Source: Malacoraja senta
Taxonomy: Eukaryota
Direction: 5' to 3'
Assembly (NCBI GenBank): GCA_038087875.1
Contig: CM075978.1
Span: forward strand, 41,726,001 to 41,790,000
Length of the DNA: 64,000 nucleotides
Part shown: positions 1-13,189 of the stretch, one piece after another
Numbering within the stretch: position 1 is the first letter of the stretch
Layout of the letters: the number at the start of each line of letters is the position of its first letter
Translations under genes and position numbers: made by a program
The notes under the pieces: model-generated
The model's input: only the letters and a program-made list of their open reading frames with translations
Told to the model about the DNA's origin: nothing
Database searches by the model: none

Positions 1-2164
1 CTTTCCTTGCATTAATTGTGCATTTGCAAAAATCATTTACTTTTAACAGTCATAGTTATTTTTCTTTACCCTCAGGCAAAAATGCCTTGAAAGCCTGCCT
101 AGAGGGCATCTAAATTATGTATCTAAAAAAACTCTGCACCAAGGCATTCCTGGTCTCGTACTTTCTTAAAATTCATACGTGCTTGTCCTCCTGTTTTTGA
201 GAGGCATCAATCAGAGCACCTATATATATCATATTTCCCCATTAATATTTGAACCAATAACATTAAAAAGAAAGAAGAAAGAAGAGACCCAAAGTATAAT
301 CAAATGCAAAATAAATGAAGGATACTGAAACAGCGTTGGATTTTTTTAAATATTCAACGCTATGTTTTCTCTTGCACATCATTTGCCTAAAGCCACACGA
401 AAGAAGAAAACAGAGAAGCATAGAGTTTGTGCTCCCTGCTGATGTTTAAGAAGCTAAAGTCCTGGAAGGACATCTGGAAATAGCGCTGAGACTGTGGGTT
501 TTGTAATTTAAGAATAGACATTCATTAGGAGTAAATGCCATAAATCCCTTGCTAAGTAAAAACCTTGTTCAGGAAAGCCTAAAACAATAAACTTAGGACT
601 CTGAGTAGCCAGAACCACATAGCTTCCTAAGGAATGCTACAAATGCAGCAGCTAATGCTACAACTGTCCTTTGGTTATGTGATTACCAGGGTTGGTGGCA
701 CTCAGCACTCGCATTAAACACGGATCCTTTTCTATGTCAACTTTTGTGCTAGTTAACAGTTTTGTTTTACCACTGCGGCCACAACAGCTGAGGGAGGGGG
801 GGGGGGGGGCGGAGACAAAAAAAAGCCACAGCAAAGAGTTGGCAGATTAATTTTATTGACATTTCCATTTTCACTGCAATGTGATACCCTCCATCACGTT
901 GGAGAGGCGACCCCCAGTATTTACAGACTGACAAGTCACTTCATTACAGTCACCCAGCCCCAAGGCAGCGCGGCTCCCTCCATCTGCACAAATGTCAGCG
1001 CACAAACCCTTCATCTACCACTAACTTTTGTTACCTCTCCACGAACGTGAATCATGACGGTGAGCCAAAAAGGTAGAAATAATCATAAAAATGATGCTGG
1101 ACCAGAAACATTCGTAGAGCCTCATTACAATTGCCGAGTGCAGAATGCTGGTGATTTACACCCTCTTCCACGATGCCAGGAAGGAATGCTGCAGGGCAAA
1201 TTTTCCCAAATGCTAATGGCTTCTGACTGTTTCTTGGCAACTATGGCATTTTAACCTGTGCGTATGTCTACTCCAAAACAGAAAGTGGAAATGTCTTATC
1301 ATCTGTCCGTGTGACACAGATGGAGAGTGGCTATTAGGAGTCAGGCACTGGGCCTCGGGGATCTGAGGTGCTGTGCTGTAGCCTACGGCAGTTTTGGAAA
1401 GCTGTGCCTGGGGAGAGGAAAATTCTACGCCCAGAAAAAAAGCTGGTATCAGAAGTATGTATGTGCACACATTAGAAAATTAGATGGAGAAGAAAGGAAA
1501 ATGAGCTGATAAAAATATTTTCAGATTTAATAGAATATTAGTTTATTATTAACTATCTCAAGTGAATCCCATGTAACCTTATTAATTTAGCATAATTGGT
1601 AATGCATCAAATTTCAAGCTATAATACAGTGGTAAACATAGGTTAAGAGATAGTGTGCTGATTTATTTGGTTGTTTAATTTATTTGTTTTTCTTGTGAGT
1701 AATTTTACTTTCTTGGCTTGCTTTATCTGTAATACTAGGGTTAATTTTATTTTCCTGCATAAAATGTAAAACTTTCCTCTTAATATGCCTGAAATGGCCA
1801 GTACCTGAACCCTTCATTATTAGACTCTCTTTCCACCATGCTGTGTTGCACGCTTCTGCACATTACAATTGAATTTTTGTGTAAGGTTTATTTTGAAGTG
1901 ACCAGATATTAAGCAGGGCACGACATGCTGCTCTGGAGTTCAGTGTAACAGCTGCACTTTCTTTTGTTGAATACAACATTTACGAACTGTGTGGGTTTTC
2001 CTATGTTAAAGAGAAGACAGTGACCCATGCCACCTTCTTTATCCTCAAAGGAGCACTAAAAATCACTCCTCATGGGCTTTCCCAAGCTTCTCTGGCCCAG
2101 AACAACACTCCCCCACCCCTTGCTCCACTCCCCCACCCCTCAAGTAAGGGAAAGGAGATGTAAA

Positions 2165-2550
2165 GGTGGGAGGAGGGGAGAGAGAGGGAGAAGGAGAGAG
2201 GGGGAGAGAGAAGGGGGAGAGAGAAGGAGGGAGAGAGAAGGGGGGAGAGAGAAGGGAGGAGAGAGAAGGGGGGAGAGAGAACGGGGGAGAGAGAAGGGGG
2301 GAGAGAGAAGGGGGGAGAGAGAGGGGGGGGAGAGAGAAGGGGGGGGAGAGAGAAGGGGGAGAGAGAAGGGGCGAGAGATAAGGGGGGAGAGAGAAGAGGG
2401 GAGAGAGAAGGGGAGAGAGAAGGGGGAAGAAAGAGGGAGAGAAGGGGAAGAGAGAGAGGAAGGGTGGGAGAGAGGGAGGGGAGGGTGGGAGAGAGAGGGA
2501 TGGGGAGAGAGGGAAGGCGGGAGAGAGAGGGGGAGAGAGAAGAGAAGGGA
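2165..2550 (+). repeat. Polypurine (GA/GGGA-rich) low-complexity tract
   Basis: ~385 bp of almost pure G/A with a GGGGGAGAGAGAA-like unit. Confidence 0.95.
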
Positions 2551-3729
2551 TTTTATGCTCCATTCTCCTCAACTTTTCAGGCGGTATAAACAGCATTTAG
2601 CACATTCAACCCCCAAATGACTCCAAATGCTCTGAGCTGCAGGGGCTCATCTTTTGTTAGTCTCCCTCTATTTACACAGGATTTGCGCAGGGCTTTCCAG
2701 TGAAGAGACCACATGTTACTGACAGAAAGCGGCTTCATTCACAACACATCAGGCAAAGAGGCTGTAGCCATTGCTGCTCCGTGCTGAGGCAGGATTAAGC
2801 CTCTAGTAACACTGAGCCTAAAGACTTGCTAAATGATAAACAAAATGTGCAGGCTGCTACTTAAAACCAAATTAGGCAGAGATAGATCATAATATAAGCA
2901 TGCAAGGGCTACAAAAGTAGATTAAGGTATTAGATCTGTCTTTAAGCTTCACCTTCCAATGAAGCAATGTAAGATACCTCACCCATTCATTTATGCAAAT
3001 TCCTTGCTGCCTCTCTTCATAGGGTACATTTATACCTAGCATGAGCTGTGGCCTGGAAGACACAGAAAAATGTCTGCTATATTAAGCTGCTCTTGAATAC
3101 ACCGTATAAAACGTTCCCATTTGTCCAGCAAAGAAACCAAGTCAGGCAACAGATCAATAATGTGACCTGGAAGCAGAAAGCTGGGAGTGAGTTGTACCTG
3201 CTTGGTGCTAAATGGTTTTTCTGTAGGTAATGGTTGCCCAGTACATGTATGTTTGAATTGTGAATGTGTGTACTTTGAGTGTGCTTTTTTTTTCATTTCA
3301 CTTGTAAAATGTCATTACTAGTTCCTATAGAGCTGGCTTATTAACTCAAATGTATTCACTAATTGGCTGTCAGGCACAGAATAGGCTTCAGATCCCATTA
3401 TAATCAGTAAGAGAAAAAAAAGAGACCAGTATTTTTAGCAGGGAATATTCATTTTTATAAATTATTTGGGAAAGGTGATGTAAACTGATCTACAGCGATC
3501 ATCTAGGAATTTTTCATGTGCACGCTAAAGATACCCGAGTCAAATTCTTACATTTCACTTCACTTAGCCACCTCAGAATGCAAATAATATGCACAAATGA
3601 CATCGTCATGCTGGAGTCACAACATACTTCAAGAGAACATCGGGAAGATCAAAGCCATTGCTTCCAGCCTTGGCCTAGTCTCCATCCCTTGGTAACATTT
3701 GCAGATGGGACCATGCTGACCATTTAGAC

Positions 3730-4025
3730 TTTAAAGATTCAGCATGGAAAAAGGCCATTCGGCCCACTGAGTATGTGCCGACCAGCGATCACCTCATGCA
3801 CTACCTTACAAACTACGGACAATTTTTTACAATTTACAGAAGCCAATTAACCTACAAACCTGAACATCTTTGGAATGTGGGAGGAAACTGGAGCACCCAG
3901 AGAAAACCCAGGCGGTCACAGGGAGAACGTTCAAACTCTGTACAGACAATACCCATGGTCAGATCGAACCCAGGTCTCTGGCGCTGCAAGGCAGCAACTC
4001 TACCACTGTGCCACCATGCTGCCCT
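3730..4025 (-). mobile_element. tRNA-derived SINE (HE1/V-SINE-like)
   Basis: Pol III A/B-box head on the minus strand, GGGTTTTCTC...GGTTTCCTCCCAC-type core and LINE-like tail; similar to other copies in the window. Confidence 0.8.
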
Positions 4026-4169
4026 GGTTGCAGTTGCTGCCTTACAGCGCCATTCTGCCAAGCTTCAGTTGACCTGCCTACATAATGTCAGCTGGTTTAA
4101 CATCCTGTTCAAAAACATCTGTCTTCAGATTCTGGATTCAGATTATATCCAACCACAATCATGTCATGA

Positions 4170-6060
4170 TGGCATATTCAGCCACCACATCTGGAATCAT
4201 CCTCCTAAATCTAAACAGCTCCCCTTGCCGCTTTCCGAGCCCCCACTCACTCATCTTTACTATGGACGATCAATCACTCTACACCTCCATCCCCCACCAG
4301 GAAGGCCTTAAAGCCCTCCGTTTCTTTCTCGACCGCAGAACCATCCAATTTCCCTCTACTAACACTCTACTCCACCTAGCGGAGCTGGTCCTCACCCTTA
4401 ATAGCTTTTCCTTTGACTCCTCTCACTTCCTCCAAGTTCAAGGCAAAGCTATGGGCACCCGCATGGGCCCAGCTATGCCTGCCTCTTTGTAGGGTACGTT
4501 GAACAATCCCTGTTCCAGGCCATCCCCGAACACTATCTCCATTATATTGATGACAGCATCGGTGCTACCTCCTGCACCCATGCAGAACTCATGGACGTCA
4601 TCAACTTCACCACAAATTTTCATCCTACACTCAAATTTACTTGGACACTTACATCTCCGACACTTCCCTTCCCTTTCTTGATCTCACAGTCTCCATCACA
4701 GGAAATAGACTATTGACTGATGTCTATTACAAACCAACTGACTCCCACAACTATCTCGACCACACTTCTTCCCACCATGCTTCCTGGAAAGACTCTATCC
4801 TCTACTCCCAATTCCTCCATCTATGCCTCATCTGCGCCCAAGATGAGGTGTTCCAAATTAGAACATCTGAGATGTCCTCATTCTTTAGGGAACGGGGAGG
4901 TTCCCCTCGCCCATCATAGATGAGGCCCTCACTCGTGTCTCCTCGGTACCCCGCAGCTCCGCCCTTGCTCCCCCTCCCCCTACTCGCAACAGAGACACAG
5001 TCCACCTTGTCCTTACATTCCACCCCATCAGCCGTCGCATGCAACCGGAATTTCCACCACCTCCAACGGGATCCCACCACGAGCCACATTTTCCCATCTC
5101 CACCCCTTTCCGCCTTCCGCAGAGATCCTTCCCTCCGCAACTCCCTGGTTAACTCATCCCTTCCCACCGAAACCATCCCCTCCCCAGGCACCTTCCCCTG
5201 CAACGCAGAAGATGCAACACCTGTCTCTGTACCTCCTCCTTCAACTCTCTCCAGGGACCCCGGCAGTCCTTTCAGGTTAGGCAGAGGTTCACTTGCACCT
5301 CCTCCAACCTCATCTACTGTATCTGTTGTTCAAGATGTGGACTTATACATCGGCGAGACCAAACGCAGACTGGGCGATCATTTTGCGGAACACCTTCGCT
5401 CATCCCGCCTGAACCAACCTCATCTCCCGGTTGCTGGACACTTTAATCCTCCTTCCCATTTCTACGCAGACCTTTCTGTCCTCGGTCTCCTCCATTGTCA
5501 GAGTGAGGCTAAACGCAAATTGGAGGAACAGCATCTCATATTTCGATTGGGCAGCTTACAGCCCAGTGGTATGAATATTGATTTCTCTCACTTCAGGTAG
5601 CCCCGGCATTCCTTCTCTCTCTATCCCTCCCCCACCCAAGTCGCACTAGCTTCTCATTTTTATCCTACAAACAGCTTGGCATATTCAGCCACCGCATCTG
5701 GAATCATCCTCTTAAATCCAAACAGTTCCCCTTGCCGCTTTCCGAGCCCCCACTCACTCATCTTTACTATGGACGTTCAGTCACTCTACACCTCCATCCC
5801 CCACCAGGAAGGCCTTAAAGCCCTCCATTTCTTTCTTGACCGCAGAACCATTCAATTTCCCTCTATCATCCTTTATCATTGTTACTTTTTAACATATCTT
5901 TCATTCATTGTTCTTTATCTCTCCACATCACCGTCGATATCTTGTTTCCCTTATACCTAACCAGTCTGAAGAAGTGTCTCAACCCGAAACGTCACCCATT
6001 CCTTGTCTCCAGTGAGGCTGCCCGTCCCGCTGAGTTACTCCAGATTTTTGTGTCTATCTC
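4170..6060 (+). mobile_element. 5'-truncated, decayed Penelope-like retroelement (RT + GIY-YIG endonuclease) with a hammerhead-like terminal repeat
   Basis: Frameshifted RT motifs TMDxQSLYTSIPH, GxAMGTRMGP, YIDD (4543-4554), LPFLDL and YKPTDSHNYL; GIY-YIG segment LYIGETKRRL...EH; stop at 5598-5600; CTGAAGA...GAAACGTC at 5966-5993. Confidence 0.88.
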
Positions 6061-6454
6061 CTTGCCGCCGCCTTCTCTTCTAAATACCTCATGTTCATGT
6101 CATAGGAGCAGAAGTAGACCATTCGGCCCATCGTGCCTACTCCACCATTCAGTTATACTTCCTCACAGCCCGCCATATCCACCATGTTTTTAGTGCCCGA
6201 CTTTAATCTTGCCTTCATTGTCTATTCCTCTACACTCCTTCAATGTATCAGCACCCTACTGTATTGTTCATATTAAAAACACTATGCAAAATTGTTGTCG
6301 TAATTGTTTCTATTTTGTGAAGTGTCTTGGTCAGAATTCACACAGTATTTGTTATTTAGGCTCTATTTATCTCATCTGGAAGGAGCCCCCTTGCCTTTGG
6401 ATTACAATATTAGGAGCAAGTTGTTGTGTCTCTTGAGCTTGTTTAGCCATCAGC

Positions 6455-7560
6455 CAGATCGGTACACGCTGAGCACCGGCTCCCCTCAAGGCTGTGTGCT
6501 CAGCCCGCTGTTGTTCACATTGCTCACACATGACTGTGCTGCCAGATTCAGGGACAATAAGATCATAAAATTCGCGGATGACACAACAGTGGTGGGACTC
6601 ATCAGCGGAGATGACGAATCAATGTACAGTGAGGAAGTAAAACAACTAGTGGACTGGTGCGGCAAAAATAATCTAGAATTAAATGTCGACAAAACAAAGG
6701 AGATGGTTGTCGACTTCAGGAGGGTGCAGCCAAAGCATACACCCCTCAACATCAGTGGCGCCACAGTGGAGAGAGTGGAGAGCATAAAGTTCCTCGGTGT
6801 GCAAATTACAGACAGCTTCACCTGGTCCAGGAACTCCACTGGGACCGTCAAACGGGCCCATCAGCGACTGCACTTCCTGAGGAAACTAAAACAGGCCTCA
6901 CTCCCCACCAACATCCTCAGGACTTTCTACAGGGGTACGGTGGAGACTGTACTCACGTACTGCATAAATACGTGGTATTCCACCTGCAACTGCTCGGACA
7001 GGAAGGCTCTGCAGAGGGTAGTGAGGGGAGCAGAGAGGATCATTGGCGTCTCCCTCCCCTCGGTACAAGAACTGTTCCAGAGCCGCTGTCTGAAAAAAGC
7101 TCAGAGAATTGCTAAGGACAAACTGCACCCCCTCCACATACACCTGGATCTCCTGCCATCAGGCAAGAGATATCGCAGCATCAAAGCCCAGACTACAAGA
7201 CTGCTAAACAGCTTCCTGCCATATGCTGTGAGGCTGCTAAACAGCCACTCTGTACTCACAGTCACCTGATTCTGCGGCTTGGCACGGACACTTTAATAAC
7301 TGGCACTGGCCACTCAAATCAGCTGCCCCGGACATGTTTATGATTGGTTTTACTGTATTTTAACGTTGTTGTTTTACCAACTTTTTAACTATTTATACTG
7401 TTCCATCAGGGACTGGATTGTTTTTAGTGCTATTATGTGTGAAATGTTTTAAATTTCATGTGCGATGCTCCGGTATTCCCTGGGAAACGTCTTTTCATTT
7501 TGCACTGTACAACTGTTGCTTGCAAGATGACAATAAAGGATTGATTGATTGATTGATTGA
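6455..7560 (+). mobile_element. 5'-truncated Rex1/Babar-like non-LTR retrotransposon
   Basis: Uninterrupted RT C-terminus (GSPQGCVLSPLLF, KFADDTTVVGLI, KTKEMVVDFR, QRLHFLRKL) ending at 7269; 3' UTR with AATAAA and a (GATT)n tail at ~7532-7560. The 5' boundary is approximate. Confidence 0.85.
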
Positions 7561-7767
7561 GTCCCACTTATCCACCATATACCTTATCAACTATACCTGA
7601 CACAAAATAGATTAATCTCAGTTTCGGTATTGGCACTGTATTCTTTCTTCCATCCTAGTTCACTGGTCACTTCCATGGATGGGCTCACCTCGTTTTAGAT
7701 ATTCATCTGCTTCTTATTTTAGGGTCAAATTCAACCTCATGCAAGACTGAGATTAGATTACATCTAT

Positions 7768-8058
7768 TTTAGAGATTTTAGCGTGGAAACAGGCCCTTCG
7801 GCCTACAGAGTCCTCGCCGACCACAATCACCCATACACTAGTTCTATCCTGCACTCAAGGGACAATTTACAGAAGCCAATTAACGTACAAACCTGTGCGT
7901 CTTTGGGATGTGGGAGGAAACCGGAGCACCCAGAGAAAACTCACGTGGTCACAGGGAGAACGTACAAACTCTGTACAGATAGCACCCATAGTCAGGATTG
8001 AACCTGGGTCTCTGGCGCTGTAAGGCAGCAATTCTACCACTGCGCCACTGTGCCACCC
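7768..8058 (-). mobile_element. tRNA-derived SINE (HE1/V-SINE-like)
   Basis: Full-length copy of the same family. Confidence 0.82.
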
Positions 8059-9832
8059 TAATGTTCATCTGTGCTCTTGGTCTTTATAACTTCTAGGCCT
8101 CCCTTAATTTCTGCTACAACTCTTCCCACTCTGAGGAATATCTGGGCCAGCAAATGAGCAGAAGTTGGCACGAGACTGTCCAGAAAACATGTTTTGAAGT
8201 CTTTGTCAATGTTAGTGTTGGGAAGAGCAAGGGAGGGGTGAGAGGGCTAGGTTGGGTTGTAGAGAGCTAGGTGGGGTTGTAGAGAGATGCTAATGCTTGG
8301 AGGGAGAGGCATTTGGATTGGACAGGGTGGTAATGGGGTTCATTTTAGTTTATTGGATAGACTTCTTCGAGGACCAAAAATAAAACCTGGAAAAGATGAA
8401 TGATATATCTCACAACTATTCCGTCCCCTCTGCTGTCAGTTTTAGCCAGTTCAGTTAAGATTATGTTGTGATGCATATGTCACCATCAGCTCTCAACATG
8501 CACATTAGTTTAGTTTAGTTTATTGTCACATGTACCGAGGTACAGTGAAATGCTTTTGTTGCTTGCTAACCAATCTGCAGAGTGACAATACATGATTACA
8601 ATCGAGCCGCCCACATGATACATGATAAAGTCCAGTAAAGTCTGATTAAAGATAGTCAGAGGGTCTCCGATGAGGTAGATAGTGGGCATATTAATTGAGT
8701 CCACAGCTGCCCAGCATTCAATGTAGGAATCACACTGGGAAAAGCATCGGGAGGTGGTGCTGGGGAGGGCATTTGGGAGCAGCACCGTGGGAGTGTGGCA
8801 ACTTCTGGCCAGCCACCGCTTTAAGCCCACTACACCTACTCACTCCATTCCCACTTGGTATCCAGAGTTAAATTCGGTACCTTCGGCTTTAATATTGCAC
8901 TCACAGTGCAATCATCATAAACGTGACACCTAGTTCTCAGTAAGTGATCACCGCCACACTTCTTAATCGGGATTGAATGCTCCTGAAGCCATCTTATAAC
9001 ATTGTGACATGATTCAGTGTTGCTAACAAAATTATTCACCCAATGAACAAGACTGATGTAGATTAGAGACACGAGGTGGGGATAACTCAGCTCTGCACAG
9101 TAAATTGAATGACCCTTGATGACTGAAAGTGGCAATATTGCCCGTCTGCTTGCTCTCCCCATCTGAGTAGCCGCCAGGTGTTCAACATGTATGTGTGCTC
9201 ACATAACCATGTTGCTATCAGCTGTGGGGGAGGAACAACCTCTAGTGATGCACGTGAAGCTCATCAAGAGTTTGGGTTCTTGCAATTTGTGAAACATGTT
9301 AGTAAGAAATGGGAACATTAACTACTTCTAAATCTTTGGACATGGGGATAATAAATAATATTTTTGCATTGCCACAGGTATAAATGTCTAGGCATTCTTT
9401 CCGTTTTAGAGAGTCATATAGAACATAGAACAGTGCAGCACAGGAACCACAATGTTTGTGTCGAACATGATGCCAAGTTAAACTGATCTTATCTGCCTGT
9501 ACATGATCCATATCCCTCTATTCCCTACACTTCCATGTGGCTATCCAAAAGCCTCTTAAATGCCACTATCATATCAGTCTCCACCACCACCCCTGGCAGT
9601 GTGTTCCAGGCCCCCACCACCCCATGTAAAAACTATTTGCCCCACACATCTCTGTTTACCTTATCCTATATAAGGCAAAAATAAGCCATTTGACCCACCA
9701 AGTCCACACCAACCTATTTGCACTAATGCCATTTTATTCTCCCCACTTTCCCATCAACTCCCGCTCCATCCTATCAACCACTAGCGCAATGGGACGATTT
9801 ACAGTAACAGATTATCCTGACAGCCTGCATCT

Positions 9833-10101
9833 TTAGTTTAGAGATATAGCGTGTAAACAGGCCCTTCGGCCCACTGAATCTGTGCCGACCAGCAATCTCC
9901 ATACACTAGCACTATCCTACTCACAAGGGACAATTTAAAATCTTTACCGAAGCCTATTACCCCTCAAACCTGTACGTCTTTGGAGTGTGGGAGGAATCCA
10001 GAGCACCCGGAGAAAATCCATGTGGTCACGGGGAAGAACGTACAAACTCTGCTCAGAGAGCATCTGTGGTCAGGATCGAACCCGGGTCTGTGCCGCAACT
10101 C
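9833..10101 (-). mobile_element. SINE (HE1/V-SINE-like), head truncated at the MITE
   Basis: Same family; abuts the MITE at 10105. A further partial copy lies at ~10663-10797. Confidence 0.78.
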
Positions 10102-10104
10102 TAA

Positions 10105-10659
10105 AGGCTCTGTCTCACGGTGTTGCAGTCATCGGCGGTGAAGCGCGGCGTCGCCGGTAGAGGGGACCGCACGGCAATGGCGAGAGTGCCGAGCCTATGC
10201 CATGGGAGCGCCGTACGGATGCTGCGCGGGGGCCGAGTGATTTAAGTACGGCTGGTCCCACGAGCTTGCGGTAAGTAAAAAAAAAAGGGCGGGCCGACTG
10301 CGATGACGTCATTTCGGATCTGCAGGGCTGTGGTGGCGGCAGTGCTGATCGCGGCGCTGTGGCGGCGGACGTGCTGATCGCGGCGCTGTGGCGGCGGCCG
10401 TGCCGCCGGCTGTGCCGCACATGTGCCTCACTGGTGGAGGCTGTGGCGGTGAAGGTTCTACTCACGGCGCTCGTGCCACACTGGCAGCGGCTGTGGCGGC
10501 GACCGTGCCGCACTCGTGCATCACTGGCGGCGGCTGTGCGGTAGGAAAATATTTTTGAACAGTGTTGGTTTTATTTTAGCACCGTGCGGTGTTGGGAACA
10601 AGAGCGGTAGATAGTTCCTGTTTCGCCGCCAATAAACGCAGACTCGTGCGACAGGCCTT
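10105..10659. mobile_element. GC-rich non-autonomous PIF/Harbinger-type MITE
   Basis: TAA on both sides (10102-04, 10660-62); imperfect TIRs aggctctgtctcacg / cgtgcgacaggcctt (11/15); internal GGCTGTGGCGGC-type repeats; no transposase. Confidence 0.65.
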
Positions 10660-13189
10660 TAAGTCATTGGGATGTGGGAGGAAACAGTCGTGGTGGTCAC
10701 AGGGAGAATGTGCAACGCAGTCAATGTCGGAGGTCAGGATTGAACCTGGGTCACTTGAGCCGAGAGGCAGCAGCTCCCTAGCCGTGCCGCTGTGCCCACA
10801 GATTTGTTTAGAATGCAATGTGGTTCTTCACCTGGTGAAGGCTGTCGGCTGCATGCACATTGTGTCAGCTCAAAGTGACAAAGAAGGGGATTTCCCCAGG
10901 ATAATAGATTTCGATGTCTAAAATTCTCTGCACACACCTAATAAAGACCTCAGTCCAAAACAGGGATTTTGCAGTTTAACTGCCCCACCCCATTTCACCA
11001 AGAGAGGGGAATGAACGATTCTGCCGATTCAACAGAAATTACACTAATTGGCCCCAGAGGTTATCTAGGTGCCTCGTCTCAAAGATACCATTGTTTCCAG
11101 TGCATTCAGCTGGAACTGCCATATTCCAAATCGTCCTCACATCTCTTAAAAGCAGGTTGTCTCCTTGCAGATAGCTGTGGCATGAAGCATTTCCGTCTAA
11201 TATTGGTTTAGTCACTTGATACCCTGCTTTAGTTTGCAGCTTCCTCAGATCTGCATTTAGCCAGCTTTCTTTTTTTTTTAAGAAGTGGTGATTCTAGGTG
11301 TTGCAGTCCTAATTAGTGAAACTAAGCCCGAGGAAGGAAATCTGGGTCATATTAAATTAATTGAAATGAGCGTGAAAATTAATACAGCAAAACGCATCAA
11401 TTTTCTGGAAAGTGCTTTCGGTTCTTGCAAACCACTAAAAAAAAGGTGGGCATTCCATAAAGCTGTCAGCTTAAAAAAACCTGTTAGCTCAAATTCGGTT
11501 CTATCTGTGATGCTAGCTCTGAATCAACTTGGCCTCGACCCAAAACATTCCTTTTCCTTTTCTGCAGAGATGCTGCCTGACTCGCTGAGTTACTCCCAGC
11601 TTTTTGTTGTCTATTTGCAGATTCAATTGTTTAAATGACAATCAGTTCTGAGAATTATTCAGTACAGTTTAATTAATAATGGCTCTCTCGGTACTGTGTG
11701 CAAACTATCGCATCCAAATGTCCGACTTGACTCCAGAGTAGTTACAAGGTGTTGGTGTAAATAGATATGAAGGCTTATTAATCGTGTAATTTCCTCGAAG
11801 AAATAAGGGATTAAATTGGAGTACTAATGAATTAAGGGTTTACAAATCAACAAGTCAACCATCAGATTCCAGCCTCTCTCAGCATATACTCATCAGTCCC
11901 TGCCAAGAAGTTTCCATACATGTCCTGAAGGCAGGGAACAAAGCGAGCAGAACTGATTACAGCTATGTTCACTGCCTTGCTGTCTAAACTCTGTTTGGCT
12001 TCCTAATGAGTTCACTAAAAACCTAATTCATCTCCCATAACCCCCACAACCCTCCTTGAAATTCACCATTATGGAAATTACAGATGAAACGTTTACAGAC
12101 TGTGTTCAAATTACTGTTTCTTTAACAGGCAGGTCCCTGACCCTGGAATTGTACAATAGAGGTTTGTCCGGCTTGAAACCAATCAGTCCTAAATCCACTG
12201 AAAAAAGGGGATGGAAGGAGGTTAAGACTCTTTCTCATGGCACTGATGATTGTAGCACTCAATCCCTCCCCTGCGGTGGATGGTGAAATTGTGTGGAAAT
12301 GGCACGGATTTGATAATTTATCAGATAAAACTGGAGAATGAAGAAAGGTTAAAACCACATGCAGTGATGGTAAACAGATTGAAACCGACTAATGCAAATT
12401 CCCAAATCATTCACAAGGAGACTCCCTCAGTTCCTCATTACGTGAAGCCAAAATGATCCTCGCTGCATCTAAGCTGTAACTGAAAGATTACAGAATTGAT
12501 GGCTCCTTGGTTTAAAATGCAGCTGTTTTATTCTGCTTTAGTAATTAATTCTTTTTCCAATAGCGTATTGATTAAGCGTAGACCCTGATAAAGTTCAAAC
12601 TGCAAAATATCTCCAGTGGTCTCCCCAGTTGCGTGGAAGAGTCAATGAAAACTTCCTCCCATTCTAGCCGCCTCCTTAGAGCGCTGATCGAGTGAACTGC
12701 ACAGTTTTTTACTCATAAATTAGTCAGGCTGTGTGGAGCTGTGTTAGCTGATCACTGCTTTTGTCTCTTTGCTTTGCCTACTTGCTTTGCTGTTTCACTG
12801 TCCTTTGTGTTGTCAGATATAAAGTCAGCGTGCAGCTGCTTTACTAAAGCCGGGACCAACACGAAGAGCGTTTCATTCAAAACGACATTTTATTTTGCAC
12901 AGCTGTATTCTGCACTCTTCCACTCTGTTAACAACCCCCTCCCTCCTCATGCCCCACCACTTCCTCACCAAACCACCCCGCCCCTTCCCGCCACCCCTGT
13001 TCAAACTTGGACATCAGACCTTATGAGACTCAACTAACATTGGACTTGGTACGCAAGCATGCAAGAGTTGCCCATGCCTTGATGAGGCCCTTCGCCCATC
13101 ATTCCACCTCCCCTTGCCCCCCAAGCTCTCAACTTGTCAAGGTAAATACCTGGTGCCCTCGTAGCATCTTCAGTCTCAGTTTAGTTTTA

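Noticed and set aside
2063-2620. 177-182 aa Pro/Ser/Leu- or Gly/Glu/Arg-rich ORFs
   Set aside because: Translations of a polypurine low-complexity tract.
6304-6454. N-terminal part of the 321-aa ORF as a host gene
   Set aside because: Starts at a non-ATG codon in flanking DNA that happens to be open into a 5'-truncated LINE RT.
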